From the NCBI GenBank assembly GCA_951804945.1, contig OX638158.1, positions 31,806,001-31,870,000 of the forward strand: a DNA stretch of 64,000 nt, in the 5' to 3' direction. The stretch comes from Podarcis cretensis. Lineage: Eukaryota. The notes beneath the pieces are model-generated. The model was not told the origin of the DNA and made no database searches. It was given only the letters and a program-made list of their open reading frames with translations. A program made the translations under genes and the position numbers. This document shows, one piece after another, positions 37,571 through 51,159 of this stretch (position 1 is the stretch's first letter; the number at the start of each line of letters is the position of its first letter).

Positions 37571-39065
37571 CATTCCAACATAAGAGAGGCCCTAATGGAA
37601 CATGTAGTCCAGCAATATGCTTCCCAGTGTCCAAATGTTTCTAGGAAGCCTCCAAACACAACATGAAGAAAACAACCCTTCCCTACTGTATTCCTACAGC
37701 AACTGGAATTCACTGGCATGTTGTCTCTGAGTGTACTTTTCAGTCTGCACTGTACTTTCTTCATTATGGGTTTGATCCAGTGGAGGCACCTGTTAGTGGA
37801 AGTGGGAGGCATAATTTTCACCAGTTCTACCTCTTGCCTGCACTACCTCCCATGCTATTCTGGGGGGGGGGGGGTCCTTCAGCAGAGGTACAGCGGCTGG
37901 AATGAGCAGAGGTTGCCTCCACCCCCTTTCATTAGCAGGTGTTGGGAGTGACCTTTCTAGGAGCAGAATGCCACTCATGGGATCATTAGAGGCAACCCAG
38001 ATTATTGTAAAGGAAAAAATTCTGAATGCAAGGTAGCCATATGAAACAGGTAGCATAAACATCTAGGCAAAGACCTTTGGCTTGAGAACCTCATATAACT
38101 GCTTGCAGCATTACTCTCCTATCATTTTCACTGGGACTTCCTTCCATGTAAGCTTGCTTAGGGATTGTAGCCTAAGGGTGCAGTTCTCACATAAAACGTC
38201 CCACTTAACTTCATTAACATGTATGAGTGCAGGATTGTGGTCATAGATTATGCCAAGAGTGTACCTCATTTGCAATCAGCAGCTCTTGTTTCTTCAGTCC
38301 AGTTGTGTTAAAAAGACTCTGTACTTTGCATTCTTTGCAGATAAAATGTGGTTGACAGATTAAATCTGCAGTTCCGAGAAAGAGAATTTTTCCTTGGAGC
38401 TATTAGGTACATAGCTTATAATACTAAAAATAGTCCGATGATTGTTCACTGTTAGAAGCTTGATAAGTTTTGGAGAAATTTTCGCTGGGCAATCTAATAT
38501 CTCTTCTGACTTCACCTTAAAGGTTGCACCCAGCACTACCATTGCCTGTGCAATATCCAGAAGCTGAAAAAGTGTAGTATTTCAATTGGGTTAAAGTGTA
38601 CCTATTTTCTTCCTCCATCATCACCTATTCTCCAATCGAAAAATTAATATCCTTATGTTAGTTTGTGGAATGCCTTGAGAATTAATGTTAATTTCAAATG
38701 GAGCTTTTTTTTTCTTACACATGACTGTGAAATAAGCTGAGAATGTGTACACATTGGAGCAGGGCAGGGGTAGCCAACCTGTAGCCCTCCAGATGTTCCT
38801 GGACTGTAATTCCCATCACCCCAGCCATTGGTTATTCTGGCTGATGCTGATGGGAGCTGGAGTCCAGCAAGTTTCCCATCTTGGAGTAGGGAAAAGAATA
38901 GTGATGAAGAGAAAAGGGGATGTGAGGTGGAAAGGAGAGTAAATTGAGAGGAGCAATGACATGCTAGAGGAGGGAAATTTGCTGCTTAGCAGCATAGCGC
39001 AGAAAATTAACAGCATGAAGAGGTGTTTTTGAAACAAGAATAGCTATTTTGATTTCTGTTCACAG

Positions 39066-39464
39066 GAGAAGTAACACCGGGGTTGTCGCAAGTGGAGTAT
39101 GCTCTCCGTAGACACAAGTTGATGGCTCAGATACACAAAGAGGTGCCAGGCATGGACCACACAGTGATTCTGCTATCCAATCCTACCTACTACATGAGCA
39201 ATGATATTCCGTACACCTTCCACCAGGACACTAACTTCCTGTATTTGTGCGGGTTCCAGGAGCCTGACAGCATCTTGGTGCTACAGACTATGCCTGGCAA
39301 ACCTTTGCCATCCCACAAAGCTCTGTTGTTTGTCCCACGGCGGGATCCAAGCAGGGAGCTATGGGATGGACCGCGGTCTGGTACAGACGGGGCAGTGGCT
39401 CTCACGGGCGTGGATGAAGCATATACCATAGAAGAGTTTAGGCACCTGGTGGCTAAATTGAAAG
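39066..39464 (+). CDS. XPNPEP3: XPNPEP3 coding exon 3 (AMP_N domain)
   Basis: [19 protein letters not shown]...[20 protein letters not shown]...ELWDGPRSG...LVAKLK; 399 nt. Confidence 0.98.
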
Positions 39465-40433
39465 GTAAGAAGAAGAAGAAGAAACATATAGGAGATGTGG
39501 ATTGGTAGGAGTTTCGGCAGGGTGTACAAAGCCTTTGGGCAGGTTGCTCACAGGTGGAGAGCATAGTGGAAACATGCAAAGGAATTTTGTGCTCCCAGCT
39601 ACCTAGTTGTAATCCCACCCCTTTAAAAATATTTGAGAAAAGTTACATAATTAACATTTTAGATTCTCCTGCGGCTGTTGGATGGCCTGTGGCTCAGGGA
39701 TCTTTACTAATATAGTAGAAAAATCACAGAAGTCTTCAGTACCGTGGCAAACATTTGCATTGTCCCTTCAGGATCCCTTTATTTGAATAATGACTATTAG
39801 GGAAGAATAATGTGTCTACTTGACAGGCTTGCTTCTTTCTGACATATATCATCCAAAGGCCTGGTTTTCCATAAGATTAGATGACATATTTACATTGAGG
39901 AAAGTGGATATCCTATTTACACAGACAATTTTCTGCTGTGCAATATCTATAATTGTATCCTGCATTTTAGATCCTACATTGAGCGGGGGGGGGGGGTGTG
40001 TGATGACCTCCAAGGTACCTTCCAGCTCTATGATTTTCTCAGCTTATAATTAGCTGGAAGCCTCATACCCAGCATTGCTCAGGAATTTTAAGTATTAAAA
40101 TCAGTGCAGGTTTGAAAGGTTCAGTCTGCTACCTTGATTCAAAATTGTATTCAAACAGAGATGAAAACCTGCTGTTTGATCTCATCATGTAAAGCTTGCT
40201 TAAGATACCTTAAGTGTTGTCCTCAGATGCATGGAGAACAGGCAAACTTTCCAAAATATATAGAAGATATAAGTATACAATTTTGTTTCTAAGTGGATGG
40301 TGCATTAGAATAGAAAGAATAGTTTCAGCAATAGTTCTTGCTAATTCGTTTCAGGCAAATTTTCAAAGTACTGATTTCCCCCAAGATATATATGGCTAAT
40401 TAAACTAACATGTGTTTATATTCTGTTTCACAG

Positions 40434-40636
40434 ATGAATCTAGTATGGTTTGGTATGATTTTGCTAAACCTGTGCATCCACAACTCCATTCTGATTACTT
40501 GCTACACCTGGCAGAAGTCAAAGCTAGAAGCAAGAATCGTATCCGAGCAATCAGGCACTTAGTGCAAAACCTACGACTGGTTAAATCTGCTGCAGAGATT
40601 GAGAGAATGAAGATTGCTGGCAAGGTGACATCACAG
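40434..40636 (+). CDS. XPNPEP3: XPNPEP3 coding exon 4
   Basis: DESSMVWYDF...LRLVKSAAEIERMKIAGKVTSQ; 203 nt. Confidence 0.97.
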
Positions 40637-40886
40637 GTATGGGACAAGGCAGTTGTGCCTAACAGGATGTTAACAGAAAATCTGACATGGTGCAGAAACA
40701 CTTTTCAAAGGGAAGATGGGATGTGGACATACTTGGGTTGCTTTTGGTTGGATTGTTCTGGGGACTGTTCTTTTATAAGTGGGTAATCCCAAGGAAAATA
40801 CATTCTTCAATTTTATGGGAAGGCATTTGTATACTAAGCTTTCCAATATGGCAAGACCTTTATTGGCTAACACAACAATTAATTTC

Positions 40887-40927
<41 letters not shown>
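40887..40927. repeat. (TTA)n microsatellite
   Basis: About 13 TTA units. Confidence 0.9.
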
Positions 40928-41324
40928 TATACCCCACCCTCTCCAGCCAAGGCTGGGCTCAGGGCGGCTTACAAGCAATATTCAACAAAACACCAATCAA
41001 GTGGGAACCAAATGTACTTGATCTTCTTCGTTATTACTTAGTTTCACAATCTGAGCCAATTCCATCTTGGGTTATGTATCTAGTGACATCCTGTGGTTGG
41101 TCTTAGAATGCAGTGTTTTGGAATAAACTTTGAGGGGCATTTTTAAGAAGCAGAACTGGCCTTTACAAATCCATAATAATCCATTATGGAAATGATTTCT
41201 GATGTTGTGGGATAAGATCAACCTCAAATTAAATTTGAAAACATGCTGTTTGACTATAGATTTTTATAACAATATATTTAATTATAGTAATTCCTGGTTC
41301 GCCTTTTCCAAATAGAACTATTAC

Positions 41325-41620
41325 TAAGAATAAAAAAGAGCCTTTTGGGATCAGACCAAAAGCCCATCTATTCTAGCACCCTGTTTGCACAGTTGCCAGT
41401 CAGGTGCCTATAGGAAGCATTCAAACAGGACATCAATGCAACAGACCTCCCACTTTTGTTTACCTAGCAACTAGTATTCAGAGGCATGGCACCTCAAACA
41501 CTGCAGGTGGTACACAGCCAGCACAGCTATCAGCAATTGGTCGTGTTATTCTCCATGAATTCTTTTAACCCCTTTTAAAGCTATCCAAATTGGTGTTCAC
41601 AATTATGTATTGTAGTGGTG
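41325..41620 (-). mobile_element. CR1-like LINE 3' fragment
   Basis: TAAGAATAAAAAAGAGCC...GATCAGACCAAAAGCCCATCTA..CAGCACCCTG resembles the reverse complement of a squamate CR1 tail; similar pieces at ~37577-37720 and ~10100-10160. Confidence 0.5.
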
Positions 41621-42547
41621 GATTCCATTTCTCTGTCCAGAATCTTCCAACATTCAGATTTCTTCTCTAGAACAGTGTTTACCAGCCTATGGGCTGGGAC
41701 CCACAAGTGGGTACCAAAGCCTGTGAAAGTGGATCAGGGGCTTTATAAGTAAATCCGACACTATTATTGCTCTTAATCTTACAACTTTTTGTTTTGTTGG
41801 CATATACTGTGTTGTTGTATAGACGCTTGTTACCATAAATATTCATGTTGCTTTAGATAAGCTTTGCAACTTTATTTACTCATTAAGGACATTATTTTAT
41901 TGCATTGTAAAAGAAAACAATGGTTTGATGTCAAGTGGCTTAATTCAGGCATCACATTAAGCCATGATTACGGAAGATTAATGAAGCTTAAGCATGATTT
42001 CTCAAGTAAAGAATCACTACTTTAGATTAGATAGCAGATCAGTATCAGAAACCATGGCTTGTGCTAACAGTGGCTTGGTTTGAATTGAATTGAGTAGTTA
42101 TGGCTCTGCTTCCAGAGGCTGCTGTACCATAAAGCCAGAAGTGACTGGTCTGGACAGATTGCCTTGAGATCTGTATTGGAGCATGCAATGTGTTTTTCTC
42201 CCATGTTTGGCTACCTTGTTTAACGGGTGTTAGATGTGGGGGACATACCTGACTAATGGTGGTTTTCCCAAAGCCAAGAAGAGATCCCAAGTGTTTGGAA
42301 TCTTGCCACTGTATTCCCCTCCTCAACCAGGATTAGAGTGTATTTACAGCAGTCCTAGCAGATATACATCCAGACCCAGGTGGGCTTTATACCATGGAGG
42401 CAAGCTCACAACTGTGTGAGAAACTGAAAGATGCTGTACATAATTGACCCGGCTTTGTTTCAGACTTTCATGAACAAACCTCTGTCAGCTTTTGAGGGTA
42501 ATATCAGAAACAAGGGTATGGTTTTGAAAATTTATACAATCCTAATA

Positions 42548-42756
42548 CAGTGGTGCCTTGGGTTACATACGCTTCAGGTTACAGTCTCTGCTAACCCAGA
42601 AATAGTGCTTCAGGTTAAGAACTTTGCTTCAGGATGAGAACAGAAATCGTGTTGTGGCGGCAGCAGGAGGCCCCATTAGCTAAAGTGGTTAAGAACAGTT
42701 TCAGGTTAAGAACGGACCTCCAGAACGAATTAAGTACTTAACCCGAGGTACCACTG
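42548..42756. mobile_element. MITE family A, copy 4
   Basis: Family A TIRs and TA TSD. Confidence 0.88.
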
Positions 42757-43119
42757 TACAAATATCTCCCTCTTTTGTGGTGCAAAAGCTAGCATGGGAA
42801 ATGGGTGTGGGGATTTGGGGTCAGGTCATTGTCATAAAATGTGGCATGTGAAGCCTCTTACCCTCAGTCACTGCTGATATTTAGGACAACTTTCTTAAGC
42901 TCATACATTGGTGGTTTTATGTACCGGTTCAAGTGGCCATATTCAGAGTAGTGGTGATGCTCTGTGTTGGCTGTGAAATGCTGTGAAAGAGGCATTTCAC
43001 AGCCTTTTTCACAGCAGTAAAAGCCTTCTGGGAATAGCTGTAGAGATGAATGTCATCACAGGCCATAGATCGGTTTGGGGTCCTAAGTTATGCTTATTCT
43101 ATATTTGACTTTTTGACAG

Positions 43120-43182
43120 GCGTTTGTGGAGACAATGTTTGCAAGCAAAGCTCCAGTGGATGAAGCATTTCTGTATGCTAAG
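43120..43182 (+). CDS. XPNPEP3: XPNPEP3 coding exon 5
   Basis: AFVETMFASKAPVDEAFLYAK; 63 nt. Confidence 0.96.
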
Positions 43183-43408
43183 GTATGTGCTTTGTAGTAT
43201 CCGAGAAAGCATCATAATTCTTCATGTAGTTGGGCTGGATTGATTGATTGAATTTATATACTGCCCTTCATAGGACCTCAGGGTGGTTCACAAGATAAAA
43301 ATACAGGATAAAAGCACAGATAAATAGAACAAAAACGAAACAATAACATCCCCCTCTTAGTATTGCATTGACCTCTTAGGCAGCAGTCCTATGCACACAT
43401 ACTTCATA

Positions 43409-43792
43409 GGGGACACGGCTGGCGCTGTGGTCTAAACCACTGGGCCTCTTGGGCTTGCCAATCAGAAGGTTGGTGGTTCGAATCTGTGCGACGGGTGAGC
43501 TCCTGTTACTCTATCCCAGCTTCTGCCAACCTAGCAGTTCGAAAGCATGCCAGTATGAGTAGATAAATAGTTACCACTGCAGTGGGAAGGTAAGCGGCAT
43601 TTCTGTGCACTCTGGTTTCCATCTTGGTGTTCTGTAGTGCCAAAAGCAGTTTAGTCATGCTTGGCCACATGACCCAGAAAGCTGTCTGCGGACAAACGTA
43701 TGCTCCCTCAGCCTGAAGCAAGATGAGCGCCGCACCCCTTTAACTGGACTTAACCGCCCAGGGGTCCTTTACCTTTATCTTATCTTACCTTC
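43409..43792 (+). mobile_element. Sauria SINE (older, more diverged copy)
   Basis: GGGACACGGCTGGCGCTGTGG head, GGTTCGAATC box, ACCTTT-like tail, TACTTCA duplication. Confidence 0.88.
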
Positions 43793-44557
43793 TACTTCAG
43801 AATAAGTCCTATTGGCCTCACTAGGACTTGCTTCTGAGTAGACATGTGGAGGATTGCACTGTTAGTTTTCCTTCTAAGACAACAATGGGAGCTTAATATA
43901 GACCTTTGCTCTGCCACAACTCATTATGCATCTTTCCCTAAACTTACTTCCTTTCAAAAGGATAACAGACATGGCAGTGAGGCTTCAGAGAAGTTTAGGA
44001 AAAAGCTGGCAAACCTTAAGAGGTGTTTACAATTTTGCATTTGTTAGTCAAACAACAAATATTTTTATTTCATATGCACTCATATGAGGGTTTTATACCT
44101 TCATATCCAAGAATGTGTATTTCTTTCACACAAGCATAATGACTTGAATATTTCTATATTGCACATTGTACAGACCTACAAGTCTTTCTTCCTTGCATAA
44201 GAAATGAATTGGCTAGCATATGGATTGAGCCTGCCACAGAGAATGTGCTTAATGGAATTAGAAGTGCCTCCTGGTTTTCCACATTTCTTTCAAACAGTTC
44301 ATCCAATGAGCCCAAATCAGAAGCATCAAGGAGATAAATACAACAAATGGGAGAACTGTCTGAGGCAAAGGGAGTTGTGTAAATCTGTAATTGATTTAGC
44401 CACTTAAAAACTACCAGTGAATTCACGCCCAACATTGTATCCTCTACACCTAATTGGTTTGTTGTCCGATGCACAAGCAGAAAAGGGCTTGGATGTGTAC
44501 TGTGCAATCCTGAGCTAGAATTAATGGGTTTTCTTATTTCCAACTTAATTATTCCAG

Positions 44558-44671
44558 TTTGAATTTGAGTGCCGGGCTCGTGGTGCTGATATTTTGGCTT
44601 ATCCTCCTGTGGTTGCAGGTGGCAACAGATCCAACACCTTGCATTATGTGAAAAACAACCAGCTCATCAAG
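44558..44671 (+). CDS. XPNPEP3: XPNPEP3 coding exon 6
   Basis: [38 protein letters not shown]; 114 nt. Confidence 0.98.
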
Positions 44672-45129
44672 GTAACCAAATGGATTCTGACAATTCTTAC
44701 TGCAACCTACTGATAACTTCATCTTTCTGAAGCCTTGCAAAACTATTTGGAGAAGTTTTATTCTGACCCATGTTTGCTGTTTTGTGCACCCCTCAGAGTT
44801 GTGACCTCTGCTTCATGGGTGTGTGTGCACGCCATCTCTTACCATAGTTAGCTTAACATGGAGGAAAGGGTGTGGTCAGGAGTATACCTCGGCAAAGCCT
44901 GAGCTATGGAGTGACTCTGCAGTGCTTTTTCCTTGTTAGGTTTGCATATCTGACTTGAATCTGAAAAGCTGTAACATTTATCTTGGGTGTTGTCCTCACA
45001 GAGTTCACATGGACTGGTTCCAAAACTACTGTTGTTTGGCAAATCTTCCCATTAAGATCTTCGGTTTGACAACTGAACCTTCACTATTCAATGATAGTAA
45101 TTGCCTTCAGAGGGTGTCTGTACATAACA

Positions 45130-45132
<3 letters not shown>

Positions 45133-45205
<73 letters not shown>
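45133..45205. repeat. Compound (CT)n(GT)n microsatellite
   Basis: Direct reading of the sequence. Confidence 0.92.
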
Positions 45206-45206
<1 letters not shown>

Positions 45207-48200
45207 TTAGTAAAGGAGGCTTGCATTCTGCAAGCAAAGAAAGGAGTGATGAAATCTCGGAAGTTGCCAAAACAAGATTTATTTGGCCCAATACATTTTG
45301 AAATGTGCAGAATGTCAGAAGCACTCCAAACATACCACTGTGTGCTCAGTGAGCAAATAGTGTTTTGGTCAGATAAGCCTTGTTTCATAAGCCAGTATTT
45401 CATTCCCTGTCTTTTTTCTGTTAATTGCGATTTCTCTCCTTTTTTTTTTCTTTTTTTTTTTTGCATTCAGCAAGCATCAGTTTTTCCTGCCTGCTACTGG
45501 AAGCACCCCTTTCCCAAATGCAAATATTTGAAGAGACAGTGGAACTCCTGGTGCCCAACATTCCACCCCATGTGCAGATTGGCTTATTCTGTGTTGGCAT
45601 GTCTGCTCTCTCTTATGCTTTAAACTTCACGTCTCAAGTTTTAACCGTAAGAGGCAAACATGCCAGGTTTTCACACTTTTCGAAAATTGCTACATGCTGA
45701 ATTTTGATATGGTGGCTGAGTGATTTATTTAAGTTGAAGAGTGATTTATAAACAGCTCCATGTATGACAGGAGTGGGACACCTGTGGCCCAACAGATGTT
45801 GCAGGGCTACATACAACTCTCATCAGCCAGTCCAGTCCATCAGGGGTGATGGCAGCTGTAATGTAGCATCTTCTCGCGAGCCGAAGGTTCCCCTTCCCTG
45901 CTATATGACTACGTGTGTACTAAACTTAACCTTTCTTGCTAGTGTGGGAGCTCATTGATTTTGGAGGTACAATTTGAGTCCCCCATTCTGAATGAGAGCT
46001 ATACAAACATCACCATTTCAGATTTTTCTAGTAATCAGCACACCGTGGAAGTGTCCTGCGAATCCAATGTGTCTATACTGTGCTAGAGTCTAGCTACAGC
46101 CTAACCCATCCAGATGTTGTTGGACTGCAACTCTCATCATCCATGACCATTGACCTTGCTAGGTGAGGCTGATGGGAGTTGTAGTCCAAAATGCTTGCAG
46201 GGCACCAGGTTAAGGGAAGGCTGTTATATTATTTCCTACTGTGTACCAGTGTCGTCGGTTGATTTGTGAAGGGTAGAAGAAAGATTCTGGAGGCAACGAA
46301 AATGTGTTTGAAGGCAAAGAGAGTCCTCCAGGGAACAAAGCCAATTTCCAAGTCAGTGTAGAAAAGATCTACCTTAGAGAATATTTTCAGACAGTCATCT
46401 TCTGTATCCCCCTTTCTTCAACTCTGGTAATTGACTAGATACCTATTTGGATGACATGAGCTTGGAGGGTCCCATGTTTGCTGTAAGTTATTGTGACTCG
46501 TATTGCATGAATCAACCCAACTGAATGGTCTGGCTGATGCCATCAACCATCAGGGTTGCTGGTGTAGAAATAATCACAATGTCTGGCCCAGTTACATGAC
46601 TATTACTTGTATATATTAACCACCATGATGGCAAAGCCTCAAACTCAAGTAGTTTTGCAGCAGCACCTGTCCTTGAGGGGCGTGTGATCATTGGCCCATT
46701 GAAGAGAGCAGTGAAGAAAGAGCAGGACTAAGACATCTTAAAAAGAGGACTACACAGTCCTGTTCCTGAATGGTTTATTGAGATACACATTACTAAAGTA
46801 AAACCAGCTCTACTCTGTCCCAGGGTATTTCTGCTTACCCTGTATCTAGAGACAGGGATTCCCTCTCGAGAAAGCCAAGCAAGGAACTTCTGGGACGTTC
46901 TCATACATCTACATCAAACATGATGCTCCCTGTGGGGGGAATAATAAGGGATTATATTTCTGCACACAAAAACTGAACAGATGTAATGCATGTTCTCATA
47001 TCTGGATGGTCCCTGCAGAATTCCCCTAACACTGTTTCCCCCTTCTTAGTTTGAATGCAGTGTCACAGAGTCCAGGTCTTGATTATTCAGTCATTTAAGA
47101 AAAGCATTTCTTCAGAAGTAGATGTTCTCTTCCTTCCTTTCCTTACAAAGAAACTGGTGAATGGGGCCACATGATGCCTGCCAGTTTCCAAAATTATGAT
47201 GCTTTTTAACAGGTGACTAATAATTGCTGGGGGAAAGGGAGGCTTTTGACTAAGGAAGGGATTTCACTGTTCTGATTACTTGGAGGGAGATTGGGGGGAT
47301 ATAGGAATGATAATGAACAGCTGAAGCGCACAAGCACAGGGAGGCCCTCTTGTCGCAGGGCAGCAGGTGGACTCTTTCTAGAGTAGCATATTACTGGTGA
47401 GACTCAGTTCTTAAAACAAGGTCTTTTATCTCCACCGTTCCCTTCTGGAACTTAAGAACACTGATCACAGCTGCCCTGAAATGGATTTCGAGGTTTATCA
47501 GAACAACAGAATCTTTTGTACGCATTCCATCCAGTTGAGCTGAACTGTCAGAGAGATCACAATAAGGTTTTAATATGCTTCCAGCATGTTATAAAATAAT
47601 ATTATATCAATCCTATTAAAATAAGTGAATGGTGTGTTTTTCAAAAGTCAGTGAGTGTGATGATTACGTCCCATTCAAGTCTCTGCAGGCAGGCCTTATA
47701 CTGCAAGCAGTCTGTGATTTTAATAAGAACCCATCAAAATAGGGTGACCATTTACATTTAGAGGGACTTACATAAGGTAGAGAGCATGAAGTCGGCATCT
47801 ATGACAAAGATTTTAGTTACTTCAGCTAAATCATGGGCAATGCAAAACATTTCAAACATATTCATTTACCTTTAGGACACAAATGGGGAACTTGTGGCCC
47901 TGCATGTATGGTTCAACTGTTGCTCCCATAATCTCCAGATAGCATGGCCAATGCTCAAAGGAAGGTCACAGGTCTGCATTCCTGCATTATCTGCAGTTGG
48001 CTTCATGGGTCATTGGAACAATCTGTAATTGTGCATAAACAGCTTTTCCTCTTTTGTATAGCTAAGAATCGCCCATCTGTCTAATCTATTGGCTGGTAGA
48101 GTTCTGTGCAACTCAGAATTTTTCTTTAGAGCACTGCACTAGGAGAAGCTGATCTGATTAGAAGATGCTTATTTTGTATCTCATACTGCCTTGAGCAAAC

Positions 48201-48425
48201 ATGGCACCAACTTTTTAAAACTGCTTTGGCCGAACCTAGGCAGACAGGATGTTCAGGAAAGGGCAGGACTACAGCTGGAAAACAGCTTCCAACACCCTGG
48301 TCTTCTGTCTGATGAAAAAGTAGTAGTAGTTTATCCCACCCAGTATTATGCATATATTCAAGTTCAAAGAGTTCTCTCTTATTTTCTGCCTCTGGTTGCA
48401 TGAATTGCTTTTTCTTCTGCCCCAG

Positions 48426-48511
48426 GATGGAGAAATGGTTTTACTGGATGGGGGATGCGAATACTCTGGTTATGTAAGCGACATCACCCGCACTTGGCCC
48501 ATCAATGGCAG
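48426..48511 (+). CDS. XPNPEP3: XPNPEP3 coding exon 7 (two metal-binding Asp)
   Basis: [28 protein letters not shown]; 86 nt. Confidence 0.98.
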
Positions 48512-48957
48512 GTAGGTTCTATTCCCAGCAGGAGAATACCGCACTGTTTTTGAGGTCATGAGAGAGCTGCAGCTTGCAGCCTTCTGAGCATGCCTGCATC
48601 TTATATGTTGGGGAGTTTTGGGAGGGTGTTGGGGAAATGAATCCAGGTACAATTTCAATAAACCTGTGATAGCTTTGCTCTGCTGAGTTTCCTGAAAAGT
48701 GTCTCTGCTTCACCACTGTCCTTTCTCTAGTTTGTTGTGCTTCAGGGGCTTTTCTCCCCTGTTTATACTTGCATGTTCTTTCTCAGTACACAACGATCAG
48801 CCTGCTTCACAAATTTTAGCATGAGGGTAATGGCTTATGGTTGTGGTGATGCAGAACTACTCTACTCATTCAGATATTTCGCATGGTTCTGTTCCACTTC
48901 AGAATGCAGGTGGGGCTTCTGTTTGGATACATAGTTTGTATTCATATTTTGTGCATA

Positions 48958-49186
48958 CAGTGGTACCTTGGGTTAAGTATTTAATTCGTTCTGGAGGTCC
49001 GTACTTAACCTGAAACTGTTCTTAACCTGAAGCACCACTTTAGCTAATGGGGCCTCCTGCTGCTGCTGCTGCACCACCGTCACATGATTTCTGTTCTCAT
49101 CCTGAAGCAAAGTTCTTAACCTGAAGCACTATTTCTGGGTTAACGGAGTCTGTAACCTGAAGCGTATGTAACCCGAGGTACCACTG
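48958..49186. mobile_element. MITE family A, copy 5
   Basis: Family A TIRs and TA TSD. Confidence 0.9.
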
Positions 49187-49480
49187 TACTTTGTATGTTC
49201 TATCTGGAAAACACAGAAGTTACTTTTTAAAAAGACTACAGATTGGGCACTCATTCCCCTTCCTGTGTGGAAAGCCAGCATTTTAAGCCTTGTCTTCTCC
49301 TTAACATACCACATTTTGATGCGTAGAGAGTATTTGATAAGAGGCAAGTATTCAAACCTGCATTCTGATGTGGAACAGTTTCGGTAGGGTCACATCACAT
49401 CATTATATTGTAGCCTGGACAGGCTTTCCTTCCTGTTCAAACCCTGCTTGGAGTTGTTTGCATTTGTCTCTCATTCTCAG

Positions 49481-49664
49481 GTTCACCAGTCCCCAAGCAG
49501 AATTGTACCAGGCTGTACTGGAAGTCCAGAAATCCTGCTTGAGGCTGTGTTCTCCAGGCGTGAGCCTAGAGAACATTTACAGTCTCATGCTGACCCTCAC
49601 TGGACAGAAGCTAAAAGATTTGGGGATCCTACAGAAAAGCACCACTGAGAACCACCTCTTCAAG
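49481..49664 (+). CDS. XPNPEP3: XPNPEP3 coding exon 8
   Basis: [20 protein letters not shown]...[10 protein letters not shown]; 184 nt. Confidence 0.97.
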
Positions 49665-50603
49665 GTACTTTGAGTAGATAATGATGGAAGGAAGCAATCT
49701 GCTGCCTTTCTCCATTTAAAAAAAAAAAAGGAAACAGGCACTTCAAAACTGGCCATTGCAATTTTGATGTGCCAACTTCCTGCCAATGTGGGTGTTTCTG
49801 GGATTTCTGGTATTGTTGCAGGTCCAGAAAGGATGTGTCTTGTAAAACCAAAGGTTGGTAGCAGTACCTCTCTTGTGCAGCAGATGGCAGAACATTCAGC
49901 TAACTCAGGCATGCAATAGTTTAATTCCTGACAAGTGTCAGTTGAGTGGGGTGGGACTGTTCTAACTTGTCTGTGATATCATTAAACAGAACTGCCACAG
50001 GGGGCAGGCGAGGAGAGGGAAATGCTTCATTTTGTGGTGGTGGTGAGAGTTACGGGAGGTATGCTCACAGAGCGATTTTGTTCTCATAAAAAGTAGGAAT
50101 CCGACTATTCAGGAAGTGTCTATTAACGAGTCACTTTGATTCTGTTTCGCTGGGTAATGCTGCACACAACAGGTGTGTTTTTCTTGCTTTGTTCTTTGAT
50201 TGACTGATACAAGCACAAATAGTATTTCAGCACAGGTTATTTCCCTCTTTTGATTGCCACTCCCTGGAATTATTTGAGGGAGATCAGATGTTCACCTCTA
50301 TAGGAAGCTTTTAAAAAAAGTAAAATTCAATTCCCTTTCTATGATACATCGAAAGATGTTGCAAATTAGAGAGACCCTGTTCAAAGTACAAGCCAATCCT
50401 GTGACTTGCATCAGACTGAATATATCCTTTAATAAATGCACACAGAGGATGAGCCATAAATCAGCTGCATTCACATACTCCCTGGTTCAATCCCTGACAT
50501 TGCCAGGTAGAAAAGAACCTGGAGAGTCACTGCAGCTCAGTGACAACAATACTGAGCTAGCATTGCTTTCAGTTTATGAAGGTGAGGCTGAGAATTTGAT
50601 GTA

Positions 50604-50918
50604 CAGTGGTGCCCCGCAAGACGAATGCCTCGCAAGACGGAAAACTCGCTAGACGAAAGAGTTTTCCGTTTTGGAGGTGCTTCGCAAAACGAATTTCCTA
50701 TGGGCTTGCTTCGCAAGACGAAAATGTCCTGCGAGTTCCTGCGGTTTTTTTCTCCTTCCCCCTCCCCCTTTTTCTAAGCCGATAAGCCGCTAAAAGCCGC
50801 TAAACCGCTAATAGCGCTAATCCGCTAAGCCGTCAATGGGCTTGCTTCGCAAGACGAAAAAACCGCTAGACGAAGAGACTCGCGGAACGGATTCTTTTCG
50901 TCTTGCGAGGCACCACTG
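50604..50918. mobile_element. MITE family B, copy 2
   Basis: TIR CAGTGGTGCC(C/T)CGCAAGACGAA; TA TSD. Confidence 0.9.
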
Positions 50919-50920
50919 TA

Positions 50921-51159
50921 AATGGTACCTCAGGTTAAGTACTTAATTCGTTCCGGAGGTCCGTACTTAACCTGAAACTGTTCTTAACCTGAAGCACTTT
51001 AGCTAATGGGGGCCTCCTGCTGCCGCTGTGCTGCTGGAGCCCGATTTCTGTTCTTATCCTGAAGCAAAGTTCTTAACCTGAAGCACTATTTCTGGGTTAG
51101 AGGAGTCTGTAACTTGAAGCGTATGTAATCTGAAGCGTATGTAACCCAAGGTACCACTG
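50921..51159. mobile_element. MITE family A, copy 6 (abuts family B copy 2)
   Basis: Left TIR damaged (AATGGTACCTCAGGTTA); right TIR and TA intact. Confidence 0.87.

Noticed and set aside
44955-45623. 222-aa ORF with SLSL/CVCV runs
   Set aside because: Produced by the (CT)n(GT)n microsatellite.
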